Shown here: piece after piece, positions 33,433 to 42,497 of the stretch
How the letters are laid out: each line of letters opens with the position of its first letter
Position numbering within the stretch: the first letter of the stretch is position 1
IMG/VR virus record: IMGVR_UViG_3300045988_094011
Reading direction: 5' to 3' (one strand)
Source: a virus
DNA length: 45,680 nt
Translations under genes and position numbers: made by a program
The notes under the pieces: generated by a model
Databases searched by the model: none
The model's input: the letters and a program-made list of their open reading frames with translations, nothing else
Told to the model about the DNA's origin: nothing

Positions 33433-36400
33433 ATTCTATTTAATTTTATACTATTACTAGCTGTCATTTCCTGAATAGTAGGTACATCCATACCTTGATT
33501 TTTTAATTGCTTTATAATAGCCTGATATTGTTCCATTTGGTCATACAATCCACTATTGACAACATTTTCTTGTTTAGTGTTTTGTAATACAGACCTAAAT
33601 ATCTCTGACCACAACTCACTAGATGATTTATCACCACTACTTTTCTCCAGTATTGCAGCTACTTTCTTAATTATGTTAGTAGAAACATTTTGTAATCCAA
33701 AGTTATTAAGTATTAACTCAGCACCATCAGTAACACTTGAAATACCTGTATTATCTATGCCTAGTTTGGCTAGATTGGTACTTATGGTGTTATACTTAGT
33801 GTCTTGACCAGTAAATAAGTTTTTTCCTGTGACAGCCTCTACAGGTGCCTTAATAAGGGGTGTTGCAGATGCTACTACACGTTGTAATGGTTTTGATATA
33901 AATTCACCTAAGTCTGATAGTGGTAGATTAGCTTTTAGGAACAATTGGTTACCGTCATCATCAGTAGCACCTGGTATAGGTATTTGCATACTTTCTTTTT
34001 GATATTGATAGTAACTATCTTCTGGTAAATCTTCATAAGTAGCATTTAATGCTTTTACAACATTCTTATACTTACGTGTGTTTTTAAATATGTTAGTCGC
34101 TTGGAACATTAAATTTTGTTTAGTGAATGTATAAAAAGGTATTATCTTTTTAACTACATTTTGCTCAAATTCACTCATATTTGAAGGGTCCATTAAAGCA
34201 TATTTAACAGCTTGTACAGGGTCTTTTGCATTCAATCTTTTTAAATACTTACCACCTTTTGCAATATCATCATTGGCATACATTAGTAAAGCCATACGGT
34301 TCATTGCATCCATGCTATTATTCATTTTCATATTTATATCAGAAACTTTATTAATTATGTTTTTATTTCCACCAAGTTTTAGTCCTTGTTGTACTTTTTG
34401 TAAATCTTGTACAGCAGTACCAGCTTGATTAAATCCTGCATTTGTAAATTGTTTAATTAAATCCCAAGTTGCAGATTCTTCAGCAGTTAATTTTGTACCT
34501 TTGGAAATCTTTTCTATAATACTATTCATACTATTTAAAACTTTTGTAGCTCTTGCTTGATATTTAGGAATTTGTCCTACAGGCATACCACTTAAGTACA
34601 TATTCAGTGTGTTACCTGTGTAGTTTCTAACTTGAAAACCAGGTGTTAAAACTGAGTACTTTTTGAATAGATTATTAATTTTATCTGTTAAATTAAGAAT
34701 GGCATTTACTTCTTTAGTGTTTTTTGTTGCAACACCTATTAAAGATGCAACACGTCTATCCATGTAATAAGTGTTCCCACGAAGATTATCCATCACACCT
34801 CTTAATTCTGGACTTATTTTTCCTTCTGATATAAGTGTTTGAACATCATTTAGTCTATCTGCAACATTTTTACCACTTACTCTTACCCAACCATTAGGTA
34901 CCTTATATCCCACATTTTCTACAGTTCTTACTACATTTGCATCATTAAATACTCCCATAGCTAAAGCATCTCTAAACACTATTGCTTCTCTGTTGGTGTA
35001 TTCGGCATTCTTTACAAAGTCTTCTAGACCTGCATAGAAGTTTAGGTCAAATAAAGTTTCACCTGCTTGTGATTCTAAAATAGATTTGGTTTTTGCTAAG
35101 TCCTTGATTTGTTTATCTACAGCAGCATCAGCAGCCTCATCAATACTTCCTAATTTAAAGTTTGTATTTTTTATAGCACCGTCTATACTTGAATTTAAAG
35201 CAGTCAAACTTTCTGTTAATTGTGTTTGTTTAAATGTTGCTTGCTCTCTAGCACTCTTTAATCTATCCAATTTTAGAGTTTCATTTGCATACTTTTGCAT
35301 ATTCTTAGCATTGTTATCTAAAGCCTTCATTGTAGTGTTATCTACATGACCATCAATAATATCTGTAACTTTTCTTAAACTATTTCCTTTTTCTTCAAGT
35401 TGTTTATTTATTTTACCAATCTTATTTGCAATATTTTTTACAGTTTTTTCATCTAAATTATCAACATCTGCTAACTTCTTAGTTAAACTATTTAGTTGCT
35501 TATTTAAATCACCAATATCTGCTGTGTTTTTAACAAGACTTTTTGTAACAGATTGGTCTTGTATTTTTGTAGCTTTATCAAGTATGTCGTCAGTTACTCT
35601 GTCTGTTATTTTTTTAAGATTACTGTTTGTATCATTAATTTTAGAAGAGAGATTGTCTACAGTTGTATTTACTTTAGAAAGTTTTTCATTAAGTTTTTTC
35701 ATTTTAACAGAGTCACTTTTCAAACCTTTTAACTCTGTCAAAGTATTCTGTAGTGTAGTTCTTTGTGTATTTGAGTATTTACCTTTAAGATTTTCTATTT
35801 GTTTACCTACTTGCTCTATTTCCCTTGCTTTTTCTGCTTGATATTGTCTGTTTGCTATAACAGCAGGTTGTCTGTATTCTTGACTAGAAAAAGAATCACC
35901 AGCAGAAAAACCATATCTTTTCAAGTTTTGTTGTCTTAAAGACTCTATACTGTTTTGTATTGTCTCCTTTTCAGCTGCACTCAAATTAGGGTCACTTAGT
36001 TTCGATGTTAGATTAGCTATTTGTGTATCTATATCAGAAGCTGTACCTTTTGCCTTTCTTATGTAACCTTGTCTATTAACTATATCACCATAATCAATAC
36101 CTGTTACGTCTTTTATGTTTTCTGCAATTTGTTTGTAACCTTGTTTATGGCTTTCTACTAAATTCATAAACTCTGGGTTATTTGAAAGCTCTGCTAAACG
36201 AGCGAGTTCATCTGCATTATATTCTAAATTATAATTTAAAGCTAAATTATTTACAGCTTTCTTAAAATCAGCATTTTTGTTAAATTGTTTTAAGGCTTCT
36301 TTGTTTTCTATTCTTAAGATACTGTTTTGATTTCTTAAAGCAGTTAATTCATTCTGAGCTTTCCTCAATTCATCAGGACTTAAGGTACCACTTGCTATAG

Positions 36401-37607
36401 AATCTTGCAATGCTTGTATTGCAGCTGCCTTAGTTTCACTAGTTGCATCTGTTGTAAGCTTTAAAGGTATATTAGAAGCCTCACTTGTTTGCTCTAATAA
36501 ATTTTTTATTGTATTAACACTTTCTTCACTACCTGAAAACTCTCCTGTTTCAATTAATTGTTTTATTGCATTTTTACCTCTAATTGTTGTATCCTTTGTA
36601 CTCTGTATTAAATTAGTGATATCTTCTGCAACTACTTTTTGTTCTTTTGTTAAAGCTTTCGCTAATCCAGAATCTGCATTTTCTTTAACCCATTTTTGAA
36701 CTGTATTTCCTTTAGTCTTTAAAAATGAATTTAAAGAAGTTAAATCATCTGCATATTTTCCAACATCTTTAGATGTATTTAATACATAATTATATGATAA
36801 ATCTTCTAAATTATCTATTGTACCTCTTGATAATTGTTCTATTAATGCTTCAGAATCTTGTGCACCACGTGCACTTGCCTTTAGTTTTCCTACAGCTGTT
36901 TTTCCTTGAGCAAATGCATCTTGAAAACCACGTTTTACATCAGCATAACCTGAAGCTCTTTTTCCAAAATCAGCTAAAGACAAACCTTGTGAAGCTAGAA
37001 AAGCTTCTTTTGTCATACCTGCTTGGTCTGCAAGTTTTCCTATTTTATTTAACTCAGCTTTGTCAAGTACCTGTAAACCTTTTGTAACACCTTTGTCTAA
37101 TACATTTACGCCTTTCTTTACACCTTTTTTAGCAAGGTTCATAACAGCATCTGACGCACTCTTTCCTCCAAAAAGTGCCCAATCCATAGGGTCACCTACA
37201 ATGTCAAGACCAAAACCAAGAACATCAGATAAGTCTAATTGCCCTTCAGTATCTGGCAGACCTAATCTGTCTACCAATATATCTTTACCTGATGTCTTTG
37301 TTTCTCCTGTTATACCTTCCCCTAAACCTGATAAGAAGTCACCACCAGACAAGGCTTCATTAACACCTGTAAATAAAGCATTACGTGGTCTATCTAAAAT
37401 TTCAAATATATCAAAAAGGACATTTTGGTCTTTTTCAAGATTCAATGCCTTTTCTACTACATTTCTTGTATCTGTTGCTTCTTCTGGGTCAATTCCTACA
37501 TTTTTTAATCTTGTTTCATAATTTTTAATTTGATTTTGAAGTTTATCTGTGGAGCTTTGTGTACTAGCAGAACTAGTTTTTTTTGTTTTAAATCTTTGTG
37601 CTGCCAT
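33405..37607 (-). CDS. 1400-aa virion protein (internal core/ejection protein or tape-measure-like)
   Basis: Largest ORF, with a strong SD (AAGGAGG) and long coiled-coil/low-complexity central region. It is the last gene of the structural arm. Function is inferred from size and position only. Confidence 0.5.
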   Translation of the reverse strand: MAAQRFKTKKTSSASTQSSTDKLQNQIKNYETRLKNVGIDPEEATDTRNVVEKALNLEKDQNVLFDIFEILDRPRNALFTGVNEALSGGDFLSGLGEGITGETKTSGKDILVDRLGLPDTEGQLDLSDVLGFGLDIVGDPMDWALFGGKSASDAVMNLAKKGVKKGVNVLDKGVTKGLQVLDKAELNKIGKLADQAGMTKEAFLASQGLSLADFGKRASGYADVKRGFQDAFAQGKTAVGKLKASARGAQDSEALIEQLSRGTIDNLEDLSYNYVLNTSKDVGKYADDLTSLNSFLKTKGNTVQKWVKENADSGLAKALTKEQKVVAEDITNLIQSTKDTTIRGKNAIKQLIETGEFSGSEESVNTIKNLLEQTSEASNIPLKLTTDATSETKAAAIQALQDSIASGTLSPDELRKAQNELTALRNQNSILRIENKEALKQFNKNADFKKAVNNLALNYNLEYNADELARLAELSNNPEFMNLVESHKQGYKQIAENIKDVTGIDYGDIVNRQGYIRKAKGTASDIDTQIANLTSKLSDPNLSAAEKETIQNSIESLRQQNLKRYGFSAGDSFSSQEYRQPAVIANRQYQAEKAREIEQVGKQIENLKGKYSNTQRTTLQNTLTELKGLKSDSVKMKKLNEKLSKVNTTVDNLSSKINDTNSNLKKITDRVTDDILDKATKIQDQSVTKSLVKNTADIGDLNKQLNSLTKKLADVDNLDEKTVKNIANKIGKINKQLEEKGNSLRKVTDIIDGHVDNTTMKALDNNAKNMQKYANETLKLDRLKSAREQATFKQTQLTESLTALNSSIDGAIKNTNFKLGSIDEAADAAVDKQIKDLAKTKSILESQAGETLFDLNFYAGLEDFVKNAEYTNREAIVFRDALAMGVFNDANVVRTVENVGYKVPNGWVRVSGKNVADRLNDVQTLISEGKISPELRGVMDNLRGNTYYMDRRVASLIGVATKNTKEVNAILNLTDKINNLFKKYSVLTPGFQVRNYTGNTLNMYLSGMPVGQIPKYQARATKVLNSMNSIIEKISKGTKLTAEESATWDLIKQFTNAGFNQAGTAVQDLQKVQQGLKLGGNKNIINKVSDINMKMNNSMDAMNRMALLMYANDDIAKGGKYLKRLNAKDPVQAVKYALMDPSNMSEFEQNVVKKIIPFYTFTKQNLMFQATNIFKNTRKYKNVVKALNATYEDLPEDSYYQYQKESMQIPIPGATDDDGNQLFLKANLPLSDLGEFISKPLQRVVASATPLIKAPVEAVTGKNLFTGQDTKYNTISTNLAKLGIDNTGISSVTDGAELILNNFGLQNVSTNIIKKVAAILEKSSGDKSSSELWSEIFRSVLQNTKQENVVNSGLYDQMEQYQAIIKQLKNQGMDVPTIQEMTASNSIKLNRMKRKRASTK

Positions 37608-37621
37608 AATATTCCTCCTTT

Positions 37622-38698
37622 TTATCGTCTATTGGCATAGTCATACCAAGCTTTAAGATTACTTAATGATGTCTTACTAATAGAATCACTTGTGCCTAAA
37701 CCTGCATTACCAAGAAGACTTAAAAGGTCTGACCTATAGTCACTATACAATTTATCACGTTTTTGAGCACTATTTGTTCCAGTTGCTTCCTTTTTAAATT
37801 TTTCTATAAGAGCTTCAGCACTTGAACTTGCACCTGCTGCAGCATCTCTCGCTTGTGCAGCCATTTGTGCAAGAGCTAATCTATTACTTGCAGCTTGTGC
37901 AGCAGCTGATGCTCTTCTATTAGCTTCTGCTTCTTGTGCTTGATATTGAATATTAGCTTTGTTAGTAGCAGCTTCTGCTTCTATAGAACTTAGAGCATTG
38001 TTATATACAGCTAAAGCATTTGCAAGTTTAGTATCAGTATCTTCTTGTCTTTGTGCTAATGCAGTTCTTAACGCATCCATAGTTTGTTGATTTTCTGTAG
38101 CTAAATTACTTATATCTTGACCTTGACTTATTAAATTTTGAAGTTGTGCCAATTGTTGTAAACCACTTCCTGCCAAACCTCTAGCTGAAGTTCCTATTCT
38201 CGATTGTCTATCAGCTTCTGCTCTTGCAGATTCCAATGCTGATTGTCCTAAAAGATAAGACCTTTTTTGATTTTCTACATTTTTAGCATTTTCTTCTTGA
38301 TATCTTTTTAAAGATGTTAGTAAATCACCACGTGTTGTTTCATAAGTTTGTTTTGCAGTGGCTTTGTTTGCAGCAGCTGCTTGGTCATAAGCACTCAAAA
38401 TCCCTGATAGGTCTATATTACTTCCACCATAACCTCCACCTCCAGAGCCTAAATCTCCAAAAGCAGACATAAATTCATTGGTTGCTTTATCTAAATCATA
38501 ACCTTGTAAAGTAGGCTCTGCTATAGAAGGTGTATAACCACTTGTAGATGTACTACTTGTTGAACTTTTTACAGGTTGAAACTTAAGTAAATAATCTCTA
38601 GCATCTGTTGCACTACTCTTTGTTGGATTATAAGGTGTCATTAATTTATTTGTACTTTTTTTTGTTGAATGATATGGGGTTGACAATCCACTAGCCAT
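37622..38698 (-). CDS. 358-aa Ala/Gln-rich coiled-coil virion protein
   Basis: AAAGGAGG lies 8 nt upstream of the ATG at 38698 (MASGLSTPYHS..). The listed longer start overlaps the promoter. It sits directly upstream of the 1400-aa gene. Confidence 0.6.
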   Translation of the reverse strand: MASGLSTPYHSTKKSTNKLMTPYNPTKSSATDARDYLLKFQPVKSSTSSTSTSGYTPSIAEPTLQGYDLDKATNEFMSAFGDLGSGGGGYGGSNIDLSGILSAYDQAAAANKATAKQTYETTRGDLLTSLKRYQEENAKNVENQKRSYLLGQSALESARAEADRQSRIGTSARGLAGSGLQQLAQLQNLISQGQDISNLATENQQTMDALRTALAQRQEDTDTKLANALAVYNNALSSIEAEAATNKANIQYQAQEAEANRRASAAAQAASNRLALAQMAAQARDAAAGASSSAEALIEKFKKEATGTNSAQKRDKLYSDYRSDLLSLLGNAGLGTSDSISKTSLSNLKAWYDYANRR

Positions 38699-38734
38699 AT
38701 TAATTCCTCCTTTATAGTGTATTTTATCACTATA

Positions 38735-38763
38735 ATTATAGCACAATTTGTGTATTATGTAAA
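38735..38763 (-). promoter_or_regulatory. Sigma-A-type promoter for the 358-aa/1400-aa gene pair
   Basis: The minus strand reads TTTACA-taatacacaaattgtgc-TATAAT, with a 17-nt spacer. The architecture and TGTGC-TATAAT match the promoter at 12555-12583. Confidence 0.7.
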
Positions 38764-38957
38764 CAAAAAGAACCATCAAGGTCCTTTTTACCAGTATGGA
38801 AATATTTAATTAATGGAGGGCTCGGAGAATTTTGCAATCTCAATCAAGGTGTTGCAGACCTATGCCTTACTTTTTGGCTACGAACCCACTTAAGAGGCTT
38901 TATACCTCTTTGATTTCACATTTAAAATGTCTTATCCTTCTTATTCATTATTTAATA

Positions 38958-39326
38958 CTATCTATAATTTTTAGGAACACACCACACGCACCATATGCGT
39001 CTGTTGCTACAATCAAATGTATCATACAAAACACCGTCTATAACAGCTGTAATATGTCCTTCCATTGTTACCAAGTATGTACCATGTGGATACTCTTCAA
39101 CAAACTCCCCTACTAATTTAGAACAATGGGGTACTCTTTTATATCTTTCATCAAGGTAATCTTCAACAAAGTTGACATCATCTAAAAGAATACCATCACA
39201 TTGTGCCATATCACTTAATTTTTCATAAGTTTCATCCCACGTTTTACCTTCTGCTAACGATATAGCTCTTACTACACAATCATTAACGAAGTTTCCACGT
39301 GCGTTTGTGTTTAAGAATCTATACAT
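38958..39326 (-). CDS. Papain-fold (C39/NlpC-like) cysteine peptidase-like protein, 122 aa
   Basis: Candidate catalytic Cys in NDCVVRAIS and His in MEGHITAVIDGVLYD, in the Cys..His..Asp order typical of the fold. Inferred from motif spacing only. Confidence 0.4.
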   Translation of the reverse strand: MYRFLNTNARGNFVNDCVVRAISLAEGKTWDETYEKLSDMAQCDGILLDDVNFVEDYLDERYKRVPHCSKLVGEFVEEYPHGTYLVTMEGHITAVIDGVLYDTFDCSNRRIWCVWCVPKNYR

Positions 39327-39862
39327 TACATTTCACTTATATGTTTAGAATAACGTCTAATAAGATTCATTTCATCTTGGGAATTTGCATCTTTCTTTAG
39401 CATTTCCATAAATTCAGCAACACTTTGCAACATATACTCTAAAGTAATCATTGAGTTTTCTTTGTTACTTTGTTTGTCATGACCATAGGTTTCTCTGTCA
39501 GCAACATAAGCATCATAAGATGACATTAATGTCCTCATTGTATCATCATTATGATATGTCATACCATCTGACATATAACGACCTCTACTGTCTCTCATTC
39601 TACGTCCATAAGGATAATCATAATCTCTACCATAACGATTATCTTCATATTTACCGTAGCTATCATAATCTCTGTATCTCATTGTCATAGCCTCCTTCTT
39701 TGCTTTCCAATATTTTTCATTTTCAATATCTTTATGTATATCTATTAATTTATATAATAAATCTACATTTGCTATCTGAAGCCCATCTTTTGTGATGTCA
39801 TCCATCATTTTTTCGACTTCTTGCTTAACTTTTGGAATTATCTCTTGTTTTTCCTCTTCCAT
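39326..39862 (-). CDS. 178-aa protein with an R/Y/D-rich central low-complexity region
   Basis: Strong SD (AAGGAGGTG). The central segment is RYRDYDSYGKYEDNRYGRDYDYPYGRRMRDSRGRY. No family recognised. Confidence 0.55.
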   Translation of the reverse strand: MEEEKQEIIPKVKQEVEKMMDDITKDGLQIANVDLLYKLIDIHKDIENEKYWKAKKEAMTMRYRDYDSYGKYEDNRYGRDYDYPYGRRMRDSRGRYMSDGMTYHNDDTMRTLMSSYDAYVADRETYGHDKQSNKENSMITLEYMLQSVAEFMEMLKKDANSQDEMNLIRRYSKHISEM

Positions 39863-39875
39863 TCAAGACACCTCC

Positions 39876-40340
39876 TTAAGCTCTTTTACTAATACTAAAT
39901 ATAGCATTTGTGATAATAGGTGTTTGTGTTGCTGTAGCTGTTGTTCCTGTTGCACCTGCATTTACAGTTGGAACAGATGCAATAGTGATTGTAGAATTAG
40001 CATTGCAACATACTCTTATCTTCTTATTGAAAGATATATTAGCTAAATCTCCAGCAGCTGCTAAAGTTTCAGCACTTACAGTATTAGGTACTAAAATTCC
40101 ATCAATATAAAGACCTAAAGCAACAATACCTGCTGTTGCACTTGTAACAACAGCACTTAAATCTAATTCATAGGTACCACCTTGTGATATTTTATAAAGT
40201 GGTGAGCCTTCTGTGTGTTGAAGCCATCCACAGCAATTAGCTGACCTACTTCTATAGTCATCTTTTGTAAATGTGACAGTACTTGAATTAGATGTCAAAG
40301 CTATAGGTGTATTAATTACACTTTCTATCATTATTATCAT
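39876..40340 (-). CDS. BclA C-terminal/C1q-TNF-like jelly-roll domain protein (~154 aa)
   Basis: The sequence pattern ..GGTYELDLSAVVTSATAGIVALGLYIDGILVPNTV..ITIASV.. and the Thr/Ala-rich tail resemble BclA-C/C1q-type domains. The start is ambiguous (40340 or 40331). Confidence 0.4.
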   Translation of the reverse strand: MIIMIESVINTPIALTSNSSTVTFTKDDYRSRSANCCGWLQHTEGSPLYKISQGGTYELDLSAVVTSATAGIVALGLYIDGILVPNTVSAETLAAAGDLANISFNKKIRVCCNANSTITIASVPTVNAGATGTTATATQTPIITNAIFSISKRA

Positions 40341-40356
40341 TCCTTTCCTCAAATTT

Positions 40357-40423
40357 GCACAATATTTTTAAAAATATTGTGCATTTTCCACTTGTGAGTG
40401 GACTTTTTTACAATGTATTGTGC
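40357..40423. promoter_or_regulatory. 26-bp perfect palindrome plus an extra half-site upstream of the BclA-like gene (candidate operator)
   Basis: GCACAATATTTTTAAAAATATTGTGC at 40357-40382. A further TATTGTGC occurs at 40416-40423 inside ACAATGTATTGTGC. Confidence 0.6.
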
Positions 40424-40427
40424 ATTT

Positions 40428-40461
40428 TTAAATAAAAAGATAGGTTTTTAAGCCTATCTTT
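40428..40461 (-). terminator. Rho-independent terminator after the 246-aa gene
   Basis: Stem AAGATAGG / CCTATCTT (40437-40444 / 40453-40460), followed on the minus strand by TTTATTT. A second hairpin GCGTCTT/AAGACGC lies at 40475-40498. Confidence 0.65.
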
Positions 40462-40554
40462 AACACTCATCCCTGCGTCTTGTTTATATTTAAGACGCAA
40501 GATGATAAGTTTTTGCATTTCCTGTAATCAGGTTTCCTAAATAGGCTTCTGCAA

Positions 40555-41295
40555 TTAAATTATAGTTGTCCCATTATAGCAGCCATTGTTACATCCACAG
40601 TAGGGATTTGGAACAATGTAACTTGGTGAAGGACAAGGTTTTAATTGGTCAATTAGATATGTGTTTTGTGCTGATTGACTAGCAGCTAAACGTAATGCAT
40701 TAATCTCATTTTGTTGAGCAGTAATTTGAGCATTTTTGTCTTCAATTCTATTAGCAACGATTTCATCGTGTAATGCACGGTAGTTGCAATTTACAGCATC
40801 TACAATGTCACGAGTGTTCATATTCATTGTGTTTTGTAATGCACAAGTGCTTTGAGATAAGTTGTAGTTTACACCTTGAATAGCACTTTGTGTCTTACAG
40901 CAGCAATCTGCTAATTGACTTGATACACCTTGTATAGCATTTCTAGTTTCATAACCATTTGTCATGATTGCATTATTAGTGCCAGCAAAACCATTTAATA
41001 GACTAGTGTTCATAGCATAGAAACCATCACATATTCCATTTTGAATGTATCTTGATTGAGCTGTTAAATTACTAAATCCATCACTTAATTGACGTTGGAT
41101 AGTAGCGAAATCAGAAGCTAAAACATAGTTATCTGCTGCTCCACTTCCATTATTGCCGAATCCATTTCTACCCCAGCCCATGAAGGCAAAGATTAGAAAT
41201 ATGATAATCCACCAGCCATTACCGTCTCCAAAACCATCATTTGTGTTTCTTCCTGATAATAGAGCTACATCTGAAGCAGTTAATCCATCTCTCAT
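40555..41295 (-). CDS. 246-aa membrane-anchored repeat protein with a Cys-rich C-terminus
   Basis: One TM segment (WWIIIFLIFAFMGW) flanked by G/N-rich segments. It has repeated ..NAIQGVSSQL../..SAIQGVNYNL.. units, a coiled coil, and the tail CPSPSYIVPNPYCGCNNGCYNG. Confidence 0.55.
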   Translation of the reverse strand: MRDGLTASDVALLSGRNTNDGFGDGNGWWIIIFLIFAFMGWGRNGFGNNGSGAADNYVLASDFATIQRQLSDGFSNLTAQSRYIQNGICDGFYAMNTSLLNGFAGTNNAIMTNGYETRNAIQGVSSQLADCCCKTQSAIQGVNYNLSQSTCALQNTMNMNTRDIVDAVNCNYRALHDEIVANRIEDKNAQITAQQNEINALRLAASQSAQNTYLIDQLKPCPSPSYIVPNPYCGCNNGCYNGTTII

Positions 41296-41360
41296 ATTTA
41301 TTCTCCTTTCCTATATTTAAAATACTTGGAACTTGCAGATTAAATATATAACCAAATATT

Positions 41361-41588
41361 TTATTTAAACATGTTCTTAAATTTATTAAACTCTGCATCA
41401 AAATCTTTTCCTTGTTCCTTAAACAAATTTCTAGCAAAGTTTTCAATACCTTCAGTATCTCCTTTATTTGCCATGTCCATTAAGTTATTAAAAATAGGAT
41501 TACTATTATTTTGACCAAGCATCTGCATAACCATTTCTTTAGGATTACTCATGCCTATCATTCCTTTTATCATCTGAATAGGATTCAT
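41361..41588 (-). CDS. Hypothetical 75-aa Met/Asn-rich protein
   Basis: ORF with an AAGGAGG SD. Confidence 0.5.
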   Translation of the reverse strand: MNPIQMIKGMIGMSNPKEMVMQMLGQNNSNPIFNNLMDMANKGDTEGIENFARNLFKEQGKDFDAEFNKFKNMFK

Positions 41589-41591
41589 ATA

Positions 41592-41990
41592 TTAAGCCTC
41601 CTTTTCAACATTTATTTTAGTCTTGATGTCTTCAAATTCTTTTCTTAAATTATCTAAATCTTCTTTTAGCTTATCAAAGTCCTCATTCTTATCTAATGTT
41701 TCTTCCTTTTCAATTACTGGTTTATATAATGTTATTTTACTCATACCATTAGGTTGTAATTGCTTAGTGACAATTGCACTACCATTTGTTAGAGGGAAGT
41801 AACTAATAGAACCATCTAAAGGTATATCAATAGCCTTGACAACATCTAAACTATCTACCACTTTACCAAGTATATTTGTTTGTTGCATAGGTGACACAGT
41901 TGGTATATATGGTTGTGCCAAGTTAGGTTGATTCATCATATTAATAGGCTGATAACGTTGATTTTGATTAAAATAATTATTTCCGTACAT
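41592..41990 (-). CDS. Hypothetical 132-aa protein with a Q/N-rich N-terminus and acidic coiled C-terminus
   Basis: ORF with a TAAGGAG SD, the first gene after the terminator at 42083-42115. Confidence 0.5.
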   Translation of the reverse strand: MYGNNYFNQNQRYQPINMMNQPNLAQPYIPTVSPMQQTNILGKVVDSLDVVKAIDIPLDGSISYFPLTNGSAIVTKQLQPNGMSKITLYKPVIEKEETLDKNEDFDKLKEDLDNLRKEFEDIKTKINVEKEA

Positions 41991-42082
41991 TTTACCATCT
42001 CCTTAACTAAACAAAAGGAGACAAAGTCTTATTGATTGAATACTCATCATGCTTTCTCTCCTTTCTGATTATATTTTCTCAC

Positions 42083-42115
42083 ATAAAAAAGAACCTTGAT
42101 GTTCTCTTAAGGTTC
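42083..42115 (-). terminator. Rho-independent terminator after the sigma-r4-like gene
   Basis: Stem GAACCTT / AAGGTTC (42091-42097 / 42109-42115), followed on the minus strand by TTTTTTAT. It begins 3 nt after the stop codon. Confidence 0.7.
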
Positions 42116-42117
42116 CT

Positions 42118-42375
42118 TTATAGTTCATTTTTATGTTTTAGTATAATTTGTCTTATTTTAGCTATATGTCTTTTCATATAACTCATTGATTTTGGTTTAT
42201 CATTTTCTCCTACAAGTTCTTCTGCAATGTCTAATTGGGCTATGCCGTCTAAATAATATCTTGTAGCAATATATCTGTCGTCTTCATCTTTGATATACTC
42301 ATCAATGATGTGTTCCCAACTAGACCTAGGCTTGTCAATTAAAGCACTATCTATTTTTATTCTTGCTTTGCCCAT
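42118..42375 (-). CDS. Sigma-70 region-4-like HTH protein (85 aa), putative late transcription regulator
   Basis: DRYIATRYYLDGIAQLDIAEEL....MSYMKRHIAKIRQIIL follows the region 4.2 pattern (RYxL.G....eIAeeL..S...V.R....a...L). Regions 2 and 3 are absent. Confidence 0.5.
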   Translation of the reverse strand: MGKARIKIDSALIDKPRSSWEHIIDEYIKDEDDRYIATRYYLDGIAQLDIAEELVGENDKPKSMSYMKRHIAKIRQIILKHKNEL

Positions 42376-42497
42376 TGTAGGTCACCTTATTCTGTATAGG
42401 TTTTCCAAGGAATACAAACTTAAAGATGTCTGCTATAGTAAGATTATTATGACCATTGTTAATTCCAACGCCACGTCCTACAGCCTTCCCATCTTTT

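Noticed and set aside
37060-37521. 153-aa plus-strand ORF, and similar antisense ORFs at 33556-33807, 35086-35349, 35524-35841 and 36773-37087, inside the 1400-aa gene
   Set aside because: They are antisense to a long, well-supported CDS and lack SD sequences. Their S/F/L-rich composition is typical of the reverse strand of a K/E/N-rich gene. Judged spurious.
37575-38665. A8 homopolymer tracts near the 5' ends of the 1400-aa gene (about 37581-37588) and the 358-aa gene (about 38655-38662) as phase-variation switches
   Set aside because: Runs of 8 A/T are frequent throughout this very AT-rich genome, both coding and non-coding (for example about 43187 and about 12601). Their presence here is not distinctive.
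38780-38957. Locally GC-richer intergenic patch (..ggagggctcggag..ggctacgaaccc..) that looked like a tRNA or small RNA
   Set aside because: I could not fold a cloverleaf in either orientation: there is no acceptor/T-arm pairing, and the candidate anticodon loop lacks U33. The region is adequately explained by a small hairpin after the upstream gene (AAGAGG..CCTCTT), a weak terminator (GGACC..GGTTC plus a T-run) and the promoter at 38735-38763.
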